64,000 bases of DNA from Bacillota bacterium (lineage in GTDB: Bacteria; Bacillota; Clostridia; Peptostreptococcales; Anaerovoracaceae): the NCBI GenBank assembly GCA_022787405.1, contig JALFXR010000046.1:2365-66364 (forward strand), given 5' to 3'. Shown piece after piece: positions 34,923 through 45,100 of the stretch. The number at the start of each line of letters is the position of its first letter. Position 1 is the first letter of the stretch. The notes under the pieces were generated by a model. The model did no database searches. It saw nothing but the letters and a program-made list of their open reading frames with translations, and was not told where the DNA came from. The position numbers and the translations under genes are program-made.

Positions 34923-37900
34923 ATTTGTCGCTCCTCTCTTTTATATGTCGCTTCATCCGTTTCAACTTCGGGACTGTCGTCTATTTCAGCGACATCCTTC
35001 TTATCCATATTAAGTAAAATGTTCAGTTCATCCAGCCTTCTGCTCTTTTCATGCAGTTCTTCCTCATGTGGATATTCCCTTGCAGCCTCTTCTCGTGCAT
35101 TTTCCATCTGCCTCCGTGTTTCCTCAAGCTCTATTGTGGTCTTTTTAAGAAGCTCTGGAATCCTTTCCAGGGCATTTTCAATACGGGTAAGATTTCCTAA
35201 AGTATCAGCTCCGAGAGTAATGCTGTAGCTCATACTGCCTCGCAAAGTAAGGATGTAGTCTCTTTCCAGCATGTCAAAGCCAAGTTCCATTGAAAATCCT
35301 TTATATTCCCCTATCTTCACCGCCTCGGGACTTTTCATCTTCTTGCATTCAAGAAGAAGGGCATCACCTGCAGTTTTCTTTTCATCATAGGTATGCTCTC
35401 CAATCATCATCCCGGTAAATTTATCTTCTGACTCAGGAAGCGACTGAAGCATTGCGTTGTCTTTTTCGTATCCGGATATTTTCTCCTGACAGTTCTTCAC
35501 TACTTGCGGATAAACACGCAGCAGCCTGTCTTCAAGATCATACTTTTCACTTAAAAAGCTCTGCTTGAGCATTTTGAGTTTGCTTACCTGTATATCCAAA
35601 TCCATTTTTTCCTTAATATACGGATTATCAGAAGCAAGCATCTTCATCTCCGCATAGGACAGTGCCACCTCGTCCACATCTTCTGCCGAACGCACCGGCG
35701 ATTTTGAAGTATATATCTGACTTATAAATCGCTGCTTTGTTTCAAGAATCTGATATAGATAAGCATCAAATGTTCCTTCCGTCACATACCGGGTAATTGT
35801 TACTTTCTCATTGGAATTTCCCTGACGTATTATACGGCCGGAACGCTGCTCCAGGTCCGAAGGCCGCCATGGGCAATCAAGATCATGCAGTGCTGCAAGC
35901 AGCCGCTGCACATTAGTACCTGCTCCCATCTTTTGTGTTGAGCCGATGAGAATTCTTACCTCTCCTGCACGGACCTTTGAAAACAGCTTTGCTTTCTTGG
36001 CATCATTATCCGCATCATGTACAAACGCTATTTCCTCCTTCGGAATGCCCCTCTCTGTAAGTTTGTCTTTAATGTCATTATAGACATCAAAGCTTCCGTC
36101 ATTTTTCGGCGTCGAAAGGTCACAAAATAAAAGCTGGGTCAGCTTTCTGTCCTTCCCGCTTTCCCAGATGTCATATACTCTTTTTACGCACTCGTTGACC
36201 TTGCTTCCTTCAAAATCCGGAAGCATCGGGTTAAGAAGCCGCTGATCCAGCGCAAGCTTTCTGCCGTCGTTTGTCACCTTAAGCATGTTGTCCTGATTGG
36301 AAGATACCTGTTTGTTTCGGATTTTTTCCGCACGTTCTGCTAGTCCCTGAACCATCTCTTTTTGCATTTCTGATGGCTTTACCGACACATTTATATACTC
36401 TGCTTCCGGCACAGGAAGGTTGAGCATGTCTGCTGTCTGAATATCTGCAATTTCTTTAAACATCGCCATAAGTTCAGGCAGATTATAAAATCTTGCAAAT
36501 CGTGTTTTAGCTCTGTATCCTGTTCCCTCCGGTGCAAGCTCGATGGCAGTAACCGTCTCACCAAAGGTTGAAGCCCATGCATCAAAGGTTTCAAGACCCA
36601 TTTCTTTCAGTCTGTCGTATTCGAGATATCGCTGAAGAGTATACAGCTCCACCATGGAGTTGCTGACAGGAGTTCCCGTCGCAAACACTACACCTTTTCC
36701 CCCCGTCAGTTCATCCAGATAACGGCACTTCATGTAGAGGTCTGTGGACTTTTGTGCCTCCGTCTGTGCTATTCCCCCTACATTTCTCATCTTTGTATAG
36801 AGAAACAGATTTTTGTAATAGTGAGCCTCATCTATAAAAATCCGGTCAACACCTAGCTCTTCAAAGGTTACTACATCATCTTTTCTGCTCTGGTCGTTAA
36901 GCTTTTTAAGTTTTGTTTCAAGCCCCTTTTTCATTTTTTCAAGAGCTTTTACTGATAGTCTTTCTCCCCGCTGTGCTTTCAGCTCCTTTATTCCTCTTGT
37001 AACAGATTCAATTTCATTTTCCAGATGCGTTACCTGGCGCTGCATGGACATAGGAATTTTCTCAAATTGCGAGTGCCCTATGATGATGGCATCGTAATCG
37101 CCTGTAGCAATTCTGCTGCAAAACCTTTTTCGGTTCTTCTTTTCAAAATCCTTTTTGGTGGCAACAAGAAGATTTGCTGCCGGATAAAGCTGCAGAAATT
37201 CACTTGCCCATTGGTTAATAAGATGATTGGGTACAACAAAAAGAGATTTGCTGCATAGTCCCAGCCTTTTGCTTTCCATTGCCGCTGCCGTCATTTCAAA
37301 GGTCTTTCCGGCTCCCACGCAATGTGCCAAAAGGGTGTTTCCTCCATACAGCACTCTGGCCACCGCATTCTTCTGGTGAGTCATCAACGAAATTTCAGGG
37401 TTCATTCCTTCAAAAACAATGTGGCTTCCGTCATACTCTCTTGGACGAATGGCATTAAATTTATCATTGTATATCCGGCATAGCCTGTTCCTTCTGTCAG
37501 GATCTTTCCATATCCAGTCTGTAAATGCCTGTTTTATCTGTTCCTGCTTTGCCTGTGCGATGGCTGTTTCTTTTTTGTTCAGAACGGCGGTCTTTTTTCC
37601 GTCACTTTCATAGTTATAGTCAAATATCCGGACGTCTTTTAGATTAAGCGTCTGCTCGATGATTTTATATGCATTGATTCTGGCCGTTCCAAAAGTTCTG
37701 TTAGCCTTCACATTGCCGCTGTCCATACTTTTGTTTTCCACATACCACTCACCTGTATATTTGGATAGATGAATACGTATGCGGTCTTTCAGGTAAAAAG
37801 GAGTTCCAAGAAGTTCATAGGTAAACTGCTCAATATACCTTTCGGGAATCCAGGTGGCTCCAAGGCGTACTGAGATTTCTGAGGCGGGAAGGTCTTTGGG

Positions 37901-40900
37901 CTGTGCCTTTTCCAGAGCCTTGACGTTTTCAGTAAAATCATCCCCTCTGGCGGATGCTGCAAGCTTTGCTGTTTCTAGCTTTTCTCTCACATTTCCGGAC
38001 AGGTATTCATCAGCCGTAAGATACTTTTCCTCAGAGCTTTCCTCTTTCCAGTTTGGATTCATGAAAATAATACCCTTTAGTTCCTCAAAGATCTCTGCTT
38101 CTGTTTTCATGCAAAGCGACTCCATATAGGCCATGTCCACCCTTGCCTTTTCACCTATAGATACTCCCAGAGCCTCCACCGAGGTATCAACTCTGGTTGA
38201 CGGTTTATGTGAGCGTATGGTGCGCTTATAGAAAATATCCGCCTTCCTGTTTAAGCTGCCGTCATCATTTAGGATTTCAAGAGCAGAAAGCAGAAAATAT
38301 GAACTGTCATCAGAAAAGGCAGAGCTGTTCGCCCTGCCTGAGATTAAACCGTATTTCTTTGTAAAACTGTCATAAAGCTGATTCAGCTTTTTTTGCTCTG
38401 CCGCAATTTCTTCTTCGGGATAATCCTCTGACTGATAAGTTATAAGCATTTTCAGGCAGTCTCGGATTTGTATCATGCCTTTTATCCTGCTTTCGGCCGT
38501 AGAGGTAGTCTCCACCGGTTTCATTATGGAGTTCTCCCGGAAATAGATTTTTCCGTCTATCATAGCAAAGGAAAAGTTTTTTACCGAAGGGTCTGCGATG
38601 ATATATTCATTCTCCTCTTCGGCAAGCTCCTCTGCTCTTTCTGTTATCTGTGCATGAATGGATTTTACAGCATTGTCAAGCTGTATTGACAGCGGAATGC
38701 TTTCATCTGCTATGCAGCTGCTCTCTTGCCCGAACCGACCGCTTACCATTTCCATTTTGCCAAGTACCATTTCCGGATGCTGGATATAATACTGATTTAT
38801 CTGTATTCCATCATCATTAAGTCCCAGATGCAGCCACTCCGGCTCAATATCAATAATGCTTTCTCTCTTCTGAAGGAAGATAATATCTGAAGTTACCTCC
38901 GTTCCGGCGTTTTTAGTAAATGTATTGCTTGGAAGTCTGATGGCACCTATAAGGTCGGCTCTTTGTGCAATGTATTTTCTTACCTTTGAGTTTTCCTTAT
39001 CAAGAGTACCTTTGCTTGTCACAAATGCAATAATGCCTCCCGGTCTTACCTTATCAATGGTCTTAGCAAAGAAGTAATCGTGAATTAGAAAATTTTCCTT
39101 ATCGTAACGTTTGTCAGCAAGTCTGAAATCACCGAAGGGGATATTGCCTATGGCAACATCAAAGAAGCTGTCAGGAAGAGAAGTATTTTCATATCCTTCA
39201 ATGCTAATGCTGGCATTTTGATAAAGCTGCCTTGCAATCCGGCCTGATACAGAGTCCGCCTCAACACCATACAATTTACTCTTTTCAAAGTCTTCAGGAA
39301 GCATTCCAAAGAAATTTCCTATGCCGCAGGAGGGTTCAAGTATGTTACCCTCACTAAATCCTGATTGCTTTAGCACCTGATACATGGCCCGGATTACAAC
39401 AGGAGGTGTATAAAATGCCGTAAGGCATGACTGCCGGGCAGCAGCATATTCATCTTCGTCAAGAAGCTGCTTAAGCTGCATATACTCATTTGCCCAGCTG
39501 CTGTTTGATTCATCAAAAACCTCCGGCTGGCCGCCCCAGCCTGTGTAGTCCGCAAGTATCTCCTGTTCTTTCTCTGTGGCAAAGCGCTCCTTTTCATCAA
39601 GTGTTTTCAGAAGCCGGATTGCTTCAATGTTTCGCCTGAATTTTTCTTTCGGACTGCCTTCTCCATACGCATCGTCTGAAATACAGTATTGTATTCTATC
39701 TGCTCTCTTTATCTCAGGAAAAATATATTCTGCCGGCTTTTTCTCAGTAGGGAGCTCCCATGATGGTGTCAGGCTCTCGCTCTCGGATACTTGGACTTCT
39801 TCTTTTTCTTCTTCCTCTTTTTCTGATTCCTTCCCTGGCTCTTTCCTCAGGTGCTCGTTTCCCGGTGTTTCTGCAGCTTTTATATCAAACTCCTGCCGAT
39901 TCATGGTCTTATTTATCAGTGGGCAGGCGATGTCATAAAGCACCACTTCTTCATCATCAATAGCTAATATCTCATATTGCTGAGCGCCGATAAAGACTGA
40001 ATCTCCCAAGTGAAATTCATATTCGCCATATTGGGTTTGCTCTTTTGGCTTTGCCTCCGGCGGTGCTATGGAAAGAATTTCTTTGTTCTTCCGGTATTCT
40101 TCAATCTCCTTTCTGCAGATTGTTTCTTTCTCCAGCCATGCAGGATAATTTTCTGCTTCCTTTTTATTCAGATACCTTCCTATGCGAATCAGTTCCCTTA
40201 TTCTTTTCTCAACTTCTTGCCATTTAATCAAAATTTTCGGGCTGTCATTTCCATAGCCTTTGCTTAGCATAATTCCTTTCGGTGAGTGATCCTCGCCTAT
40301 TCCAAGGCCGGATTTTATCGGGTTCCTTCCACCTGTGCCGTACTCCTTTTTCAGAAATTCCACATTTTCTTTTTGTGACAGGCTTTTTTCAAACTGCTCA
40401 AAAATCCGATATTTCCCGTTTTCAAACCCGCTCCCCTTTGTGATTGCAACATCAATTACCTCCTGTGGGAAATCAGTCTCTTTTGCGGAATCAAAAGAAT
40501 CAAAGAATGCAGTCTGTTCCTCAACAGATGGTAAGGGTTCTGCAATGTCATACAGTTTATTGAGAATTCTCAGACTGTCAAAATGCTCTGAAACGACCTC
40601 CCAGTTATAATAGCCTTCTGCCGTTCTGTTAAGGTAACTCCCTTCCCAAAGGTGCAGCACATTCTGATATGTCTTATATCCGACCCGGCGTTCTCCGCTG
40701 ATGATCAGCTCTGTGTAATCGTTATTGAATATTTCTTTCAGATAAGCTACCCTTTCGGCTGTATCATCATGCATCTCAAAGAATTTTCGTATTTCTGAGT
40801 AGCTTGCTTTTAAATGCGGGGTGCTAAGCAGTATTTCGTGTATGTCACTGTCTTTACAAAAAAACGGGAGCTTGCTTTCTCCCGCTTTCCTGTCAAAATA

Positions 40901-42085
40901 TTTTACTTGAAAATCAGTTCCGTCTTTACTACTTCCATCGCTCTGGCCTTGATGCTGTTCATCTTCTGAACCCAGCTCATCATGTCGGCTGCTTTCAATT
41001 CCTCGCTCACGCCCTCGTTCTTCGCCATCTGCGCAATCAGAAGTTCCAGCATCTCCTCTGCCTCCCTGTCCGTGTTCCTCAGATGCTCGCTTAAGCTGCA
41101 GTCCGTCAGCATGCTGTAAAAAATCAACTTGCGATGTTCTTTCAAGTAGTCCCTCCTCATCTGTCCGAATCTGCCTATTTGCATCGGCTCTTCCTTCGGC
41201 ATGCCTATCATTGGAATCTGATAATTCCCTCTCTGTTGATATCCTATGTTCATGTTCTCCTCTCCTTTCCCTTTTTTCTCCATTATATATACCTTCTTTT
41301 GGTGCCGCAAATGTGCGATTCAAATTTTTTTCGGCTTGCAGGTTTCGTATTGTCTTTCCTATTTCTGAAAGTGCCATCTGAGAAATATCGCTTACTGCAT
41401 ATCCAATAGCGTGCAGAGTATCCTTGGTGTTAAAATCGGTAATTGCAGCAAAATCAGCTTTTTCAAAGCTGCTGTTAATATCAATGCCAAGCCTTGCCAT
41501 AATCATATATGCCACACTTGTGGATACCAGCTGTTCAAAGCAGATTTTAATGTTGTCATTGTCTAATGTGCCAATCCGGCTTCCTGCCTTTCGCTCATGC
41601 AAAAATTCCAGGTAGTCTGAAAGATTATCTCTGGCTGCATTCTCTGAAGCAGAAAGCACCGCACCTGCGATGCTTTCTTTTCGCTCCAGTTCTCCGAAGC
41701 TTGCTTCGAGTGTTTCAATAACCTCATCCTCATATGAATTATCATAATCCCACAGGGGTACAGGTCTTGAAAATGTTCCTTCATGAGTATCAGAAACATC
41801 AAAGTAATACTTCAGTCGCTGATTTTCTCCAAATTCATCGTCAAAAACTGCAATCCCTCTGGCTCCTTTATTTACCCATCTGCGAAAAAGGCCATTCCAC
41901 TTTTCAATAGTTAAAACGGCTGTGGCATCCGGTCTTTGGGCATAAACAAGTACCTGTTCGTCAAACCTTAGCTTGAAATTCCGCCCTGCTGACAAAAGAA
42001 ATCCCTGCCAGCTTTCGATATCTGTTGAAATCTCTTTGCAGGCATCTTTATACAGCTTATTGATTGAATAAAACTTGCTGGCCAA
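34919..42085 (-). CDS. Polyvalent ICE protein: ArdC-N-like domain, charged linker, N6-adenine DNA methyltransferase, SNF2/DEAD-like helicase
   Basis: 2388-aa ORF. N-terminal VLVYAQRPDATAVLTIEKWNGLFRRWVNKGARGIAVF (ArdC-N-like). MTase motif I is ILEPSCGIGNFFG and motif IV is DVAIGNIPFGDF. Helicase motif I is LLAHCVGAGKTFE, motif II is IFIDEAHYYKN and motif VI is LEQRSGRIIRQGN. Confidence 0.9.
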   Translation of the reverse strand: MASKFYSINKLYKDACKEISTDIESWQGFLLSAGRNFKLRFDEQVLVYAQRPDATAVLTIEKWNGLFRRWVNKGARGIAVFDDEFGENQRLKYYFDVSDTHEGTFSRPVPLWDYDNSYEDEVIETLEASFGELERKESIAGAVLSASENAARDNLSDYLEFLHERKAGSRIGTLDNDNIKICFEQLVSTSVAYMIMARLGIDINSSFEKADFAAITDFNTKDTLHAIGYAVSDISQMALSEIGKTIRNLQAEKNLNRTFAAPKEGIYNGEKRERRGEHEHRISTERELSDSNDRHAEGRADANRQIRTDEEGLLERTSQVDFLQHADGLQLKRASEEHGQGGRGDAGTSDCADGEERGRERGIESSRHDELGSEDEQHQGQSDGSSKDGTDFQVKYFDRKAGESKLPFFCKDSDIHEILLSTPHLKASYSEIRKFFEMHDDTAERVAYLKEIFNNDYTELIISGERRVGYKTYQNVLHLWEGSYLNRTAEGYYNWEVVSEHFDSLRILNKLYDIAEPLPSVEEQTAFFDSFDSAKETDFPQEVIDVAITKGSGFENGKYRIFEQFEKSLSQKENVEFLKKEYGTGGRNPIKSGLGIGEDHSPKGIMLSKGYGNDSPKILIKWQEVEKRIRELIRIGRYLNKKEAENYPAWLEKETICRKEIEEYRKNKEILSIAPPEAKPKEQTQYGEYEFHLGDSVFIGAQQYEILAIDDEEVVLYDIACPLINKTMNRQEFDIKAAETPGNEHLRKEPGKESEKEEEEKEEVQVSESESLTPSWELPTEKKPAEYIFPEIKRADRIQYCISDDAYGEGSPKEKFRRNIEAIRLLKTLDEKERFATEKEQEILADYTGWGGQPEVFDESNSSWANEYMQLKQLLDEDEYAAARQSCLTAFYTPPVVIRAMYQVLKQSGFSEGNILEPSCGIGNFFGMLPEDFEKSKLYGVEADSVSGRIARQLYQNASISIEGYENTSLPDSFFDVAIGNIPFGDFRLADKRYDKENFLIHDYFFAKTIDKVRPGGIIAFVTSKGTLDKENSKVRKYIAQRADLIGAIRLPSNTFTKNAGTEVTSDIIFLQKRESIIDIEPEWLHLGLNDDGIQINQYYIQHPEMVLGKMEMVSGRFGQESSCIADESIPLSIQLDNAVKSIHAQITERAEELAEEENEYIIADPSVKNFSFAMIDGKIYFRENSIMKPVETTSTAESRIKGMIQIRDCLKMLITYQSEDYPEEEIAAEQKKLNQLYDSFTKKYGLISGRANSSAFSDDSSYFLLSALEILNDDGSLNRKADIFYKRTIRSHKPSTRVDTSVEALGVSIGEKARVDMAYMESLCMKTEAEIFEELKGIIFMNPNWKEESSEEKYLTADEYLSGNVREKLETAKLAASARGDDFTENVKALEKAQPKDLPASEISVRLGATWIPERYIEQFTYELLGTPFYLKDRIRIHLSKYTGEWYVENKSMDSGNVKANRTFGTARINAYKIIEQTLNLKDVRIFDYNYESDGKKTAVLNKKETAIAQAKQEQIKQAFTDWIWKDPDRRNRLCRIYNDKFNAIRPREYDGSHIVFEGMNPEISLMTHQKNAVARVLYGGNTLLAHCVGAGKTFEMTAAAMESKRLGLCSKSLFVVPNHLINQWASEFLQLYPAANLLVATKKDFEKKNRKRFCSRIATGDYDAIIIGHSQFEKIPMSMQRQVTHLENEIESVTRGIKELKAQRGERLSVKALEKMKKGLETKLKKLNDQSRKDDVVTFEELGVDRIFIDEAHYYKNLFLYTKMRNVGGIAQTEAQKSTDLYMKCRYLDELTGGKGVVFATGTPVSNSMVELYTLQRYLEYDRLKEMGLETFDAWASTFGETVTAIELAPEGTGYRAKTRFARFYNLPELMAMFKEIADIQTADMLNLPVPEAEYINVSVKPSEMQKEMVQGLAERAEKIRNKQVSSNQDNMLKVTNDGRKLALDQRLLNPMLPDFEGSKVNECVKRVYDIWESGKDRKLTQLLFCDLSTPKNDGSFDVYNDIKDKLTERGIPKEEIAFVHDADNDAKKAKLFSKVRAGEVRILIGSTQKMGAGTNVQRLLAALHDLDCPWRPSDLEQRSGRIIRQGNSNEKVTITRYVTEGTFDAYLYQILETKQRFISQIYTSKSPVRSAEDVDEVALSYAEMKMLASDNPYIKEKMDLDIQVSKLKMLKQSFLSEKYDLEDRLLRVYPQVVKNCQEKISGYEKDNAMLQSLPESEDKFTGMMIGEHTYDEKKTAGDALLLECKKMKSPEAVKIGEYKGFSMELGFDMLERDYILTLRGSMSYSITLGADTLGNLTRIENALERIPELLKKTTIELEETRRQMENAREEAAREYPHEEELHEKSRRLDELNILLNMDKKDVAEIDDSPEVETDEATYKREERQI
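40903..41253 (-). CDS. tnpV: TnpV-family protein, nested in the +1 frame of the 2388-aa ORF
   Basis: The ORF-track entry is 40903..41310. The likely start is MNIGYQQRGNYQIP at ~41253, preceded by AAAGGAGAGGAGAAC. IGRFGQMRRDYLKEHRKLIFYSMLTDCSLSEHLRNTDREAEEML...EGVSEELKAADMMSWVQKMNSIKARAMEVVKTELIF matches the TnpV (PF14198) pattern end to end. Confidence 0.7.
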   Translation of the reverse strand: MNIGYQQRGNYQIPMIGMPKEEPMQIGRFGQMRRDYLKEHRKLIFYSMLTDCSLSEHLRNTDREAEEMLELLIAQMAKNEGVSEELKAADMMSWVQKMNSIKARAMEVVKTELIFK

Positions 42086-42105
42086 TCTTGCTGCCTCCTT
42101 CCTTT

Positions 42106-45100
42106 TTACTCGTCTTTTTCTTTGCGTGAAACTGCTGCAATCATTCCGGTGAATGCGATGACAAGAAGCAGCATCAACTCATGCAATCTGTTCTTATCCC
42201 CTGTCTTTGGTACTTCTGATGGCTTTTGCGGTTTTTCCGGTGTCGGATCGATGATTTCTACAGTCTGATCAATATCATTAATGTCGGTGTGCTTTGCAAT
42301 AAGCTTTACGTCAAGGTAAAGTCTTTCGAAGACTACCAGCTTATGTCCGCCAAATCCGCTGCCATCAAAGGTAAACTTGATGGTTAAGCTTCCGTCTTTT
42401 GACTTTGGAGTAAAGGTTTTTTCAGCTATGACTTTCTTTCCATTAACAGTAATGGCTTTTCCGGTAGCTTTATCCATGATAGTACCCTTCATGGTATAGG
42501 TTTCTCCCGGGGTGAGATTATAGTAGCTTACAGTATCAACAATTGTAATTTTTTTAGCTGCTGCAATCTCCTTAGAACCGTCTGTACCTACAGCAGATGT
42601 TTTTATCATCGGTTCCGTGACTTTTTCATTCTCCACTTCAATTCTGGTAATCAGTCCAAGCATTGTCGTGTCAATCAAATGAAATTCGCTATCTGCTTTA
42701 TAGCCGTCAGGTGCCTTTACTTCACGATAGAAGAAAGTTCCTTTATGGTCTACAGAAATGGTAACAACACCATACTGACCTGTGATTACATTCTGCTCTA
42801 AAAGCTTTTTATCAGGAATAAGGGTAACGCCATCTTCGGCCAGCTTGCTTGACCAGATTTCAAACTCAGCTCCGGCAAGAGTCTCTCTTGTATCTTTATC
42901 TACTTTCTTGATTTCGATTTGATAAGAAAAACCGCCGCCCGGAGTATACGGAACAGCTTCGTTTTCAACAACGAATCTGTACTGAGGAAGACCTTTGATT
43001 ACTCTGAATCTGTGATAATCATAATCATCAGCCTTGTATCCTGAAGGAGCCTTTATCTCACGCCAGAAGTATGTGCCGTAATCAAGGACCAACGTAAAGG
43101 TTCCGTCAGCGCCTGTGGTGTAGGTTCCAAGAAGTTTGTCCGGTTCATAGGTCCATTCGCCGGAAGGTTTTGCAGAGTAGATTTCAAAGACTGCTCCTGA
43201 AAGCTTCTTTTCAGGGTCTTCCCTGTCAACCTTTACAAACTCAATTTCCGGCTTGTGGTCGTTTTCAACAGCAAAGCCGTCTCTGTTATCAGAGTTGATC
43301 TTTATCATCAGCTTGTCAGCTGAGGTGTCCTGTCTTGCCAGAGTGACATTCTTTGTGAATTCAAATGTCTGAGCCGTATCGAAGGCACCTGTTGAAGATA
43401 CTTCTGAATTAGCTGCATCTGTAAAGAGGCCCGAAAGCACATTTTCTATGGCTGCCGTGACCACTCCGTATTTATCCATGGATACGGTAACGTCTGCACC
43501 GGATGCTGTCTTAAGCTTTAAGGTATCCTTCGGATTAAGAATAATCTCGCCGGACGGGTCAAGCGTCTCCGTTACAGCAGTTGTGCCGGATATTCTCTCG
43601 TATGATGCTTCTATTACGTTTACGTCGGCAAAGTCTTTTACCGTAATAACAGCGCTGTGCTTGAATATCTGGTTTCCGCCTGGTGTCAGGTTTCCTGATT
43701 CTGTGGTCACAGTCTCATATCCCAGTTCAGGCTGAGCCGGGTCTATAAGCTGCTCCTTTGTGGTAACTGTCTTTGACGGCTGGTGAGTGATAACTGCCTT
43801 TAATATTAACGCTGTCTTGTCTGTTCCTGCGCCGGTAAGGGTAAACTCCGGTGTGTAGGTGATAAGGTCTTCACCTTTAGTCGGTGTCCAAAGCTCCTCA
43901 TAGCCTGCATAATATCCTGTGTAGGCTGCGGTAGGCGTAAAGGTTTCTGTTACACCGTCAACGGTGTAATCAAAGGTGTTTCCTGTTTCGCCGAGTTTAA
44001 CCTTAAGGGTCTTCCCGTTTGGCAAAATGATGTTTGTCTCAGCATCTGCGAAAGTATCAACGGTAACTTCCGTAAAGTCGGAATCAGCATCGATGCTTAC
44101 TCTTCCGTCTTCACTTGCAAAGTCGGTATCCAGAGGATATACGCTTCCGTCGATTGTAATAGACGGCATAGGAAGTCTTGACTCAACCATGATTGTTGTC
44201 TTCACATGGTTCTTTTCTTCAAGAACGAACCTTCCGTAAATACCGTCATTGATTGTATAGTCAAAAGCGGCATCCGATGAGTAATCAGCATCGTCTTCTC
44301 TTACTTCAAAGTTGAATCTTACGTCGCTCAGAAGATAGTCTTCCGGTCCTTCAAGCTCCCTGATGTAGTAGCTTCCTTCAGGAAGCTTTGCATCTGCAAG
44401 GACGCTTCCGCCTGTGGTGTAATCAACTGATATAACATCAATCAAAGTGTCAGCCTTGATAGTCTTCTCTGTGACTTCATGCTTTCCTACAGCTGTTGCT
44501 GTAATATCTTCTGCGGTGTAAAGACCGAACTTCACAGTCTGCCCTTCCTCCGGCGGCTGGTATGCATCCGATCTGAACGAAGTCTCAAAGACTTTTGAAA
44601 GGTCAATCTGAACGCTCATATACTCATTGTCAAAGGAAGCAGCTCCCCAGATAACAGGTGTGAACTGGTCTTTGTACTTAAGGGTTACAAGCTGCTCTTC
44701 ACTGTCATTTAAGTAGTTATCATCAGCTGATAATTCGCGGACGATGTAATCGCCGAGAGGGAGAAGACCGCTTGTAGCAATTCCGTCCTCATTTGTAGTA
44801 ATTACTTCGATGATGTCTGACTGAGTATAACGGTTTGTCTTATACACATTGTAAAGGTCAAGAACGCCTACATTATTTCCCGATGCAGCCTTTGCGCAGT
44901 AGATTGCCATAGTGTAGCCGTCTGCAAAGGTTATCTCAAGAGGAGCATCCTCCGTCTGATTGGTGACGATTTCAAGGTAGTACATTGTCTTGCCGCCTAC
45001 TGCGGTAGAGTCAACTCTTCTTGCAATTACACTTACTCCGTCAGCAAGTCCGTCTTTACTGTTAAACTCAATTACCGGATTCTCCGGTGAGAGCTTTGAA

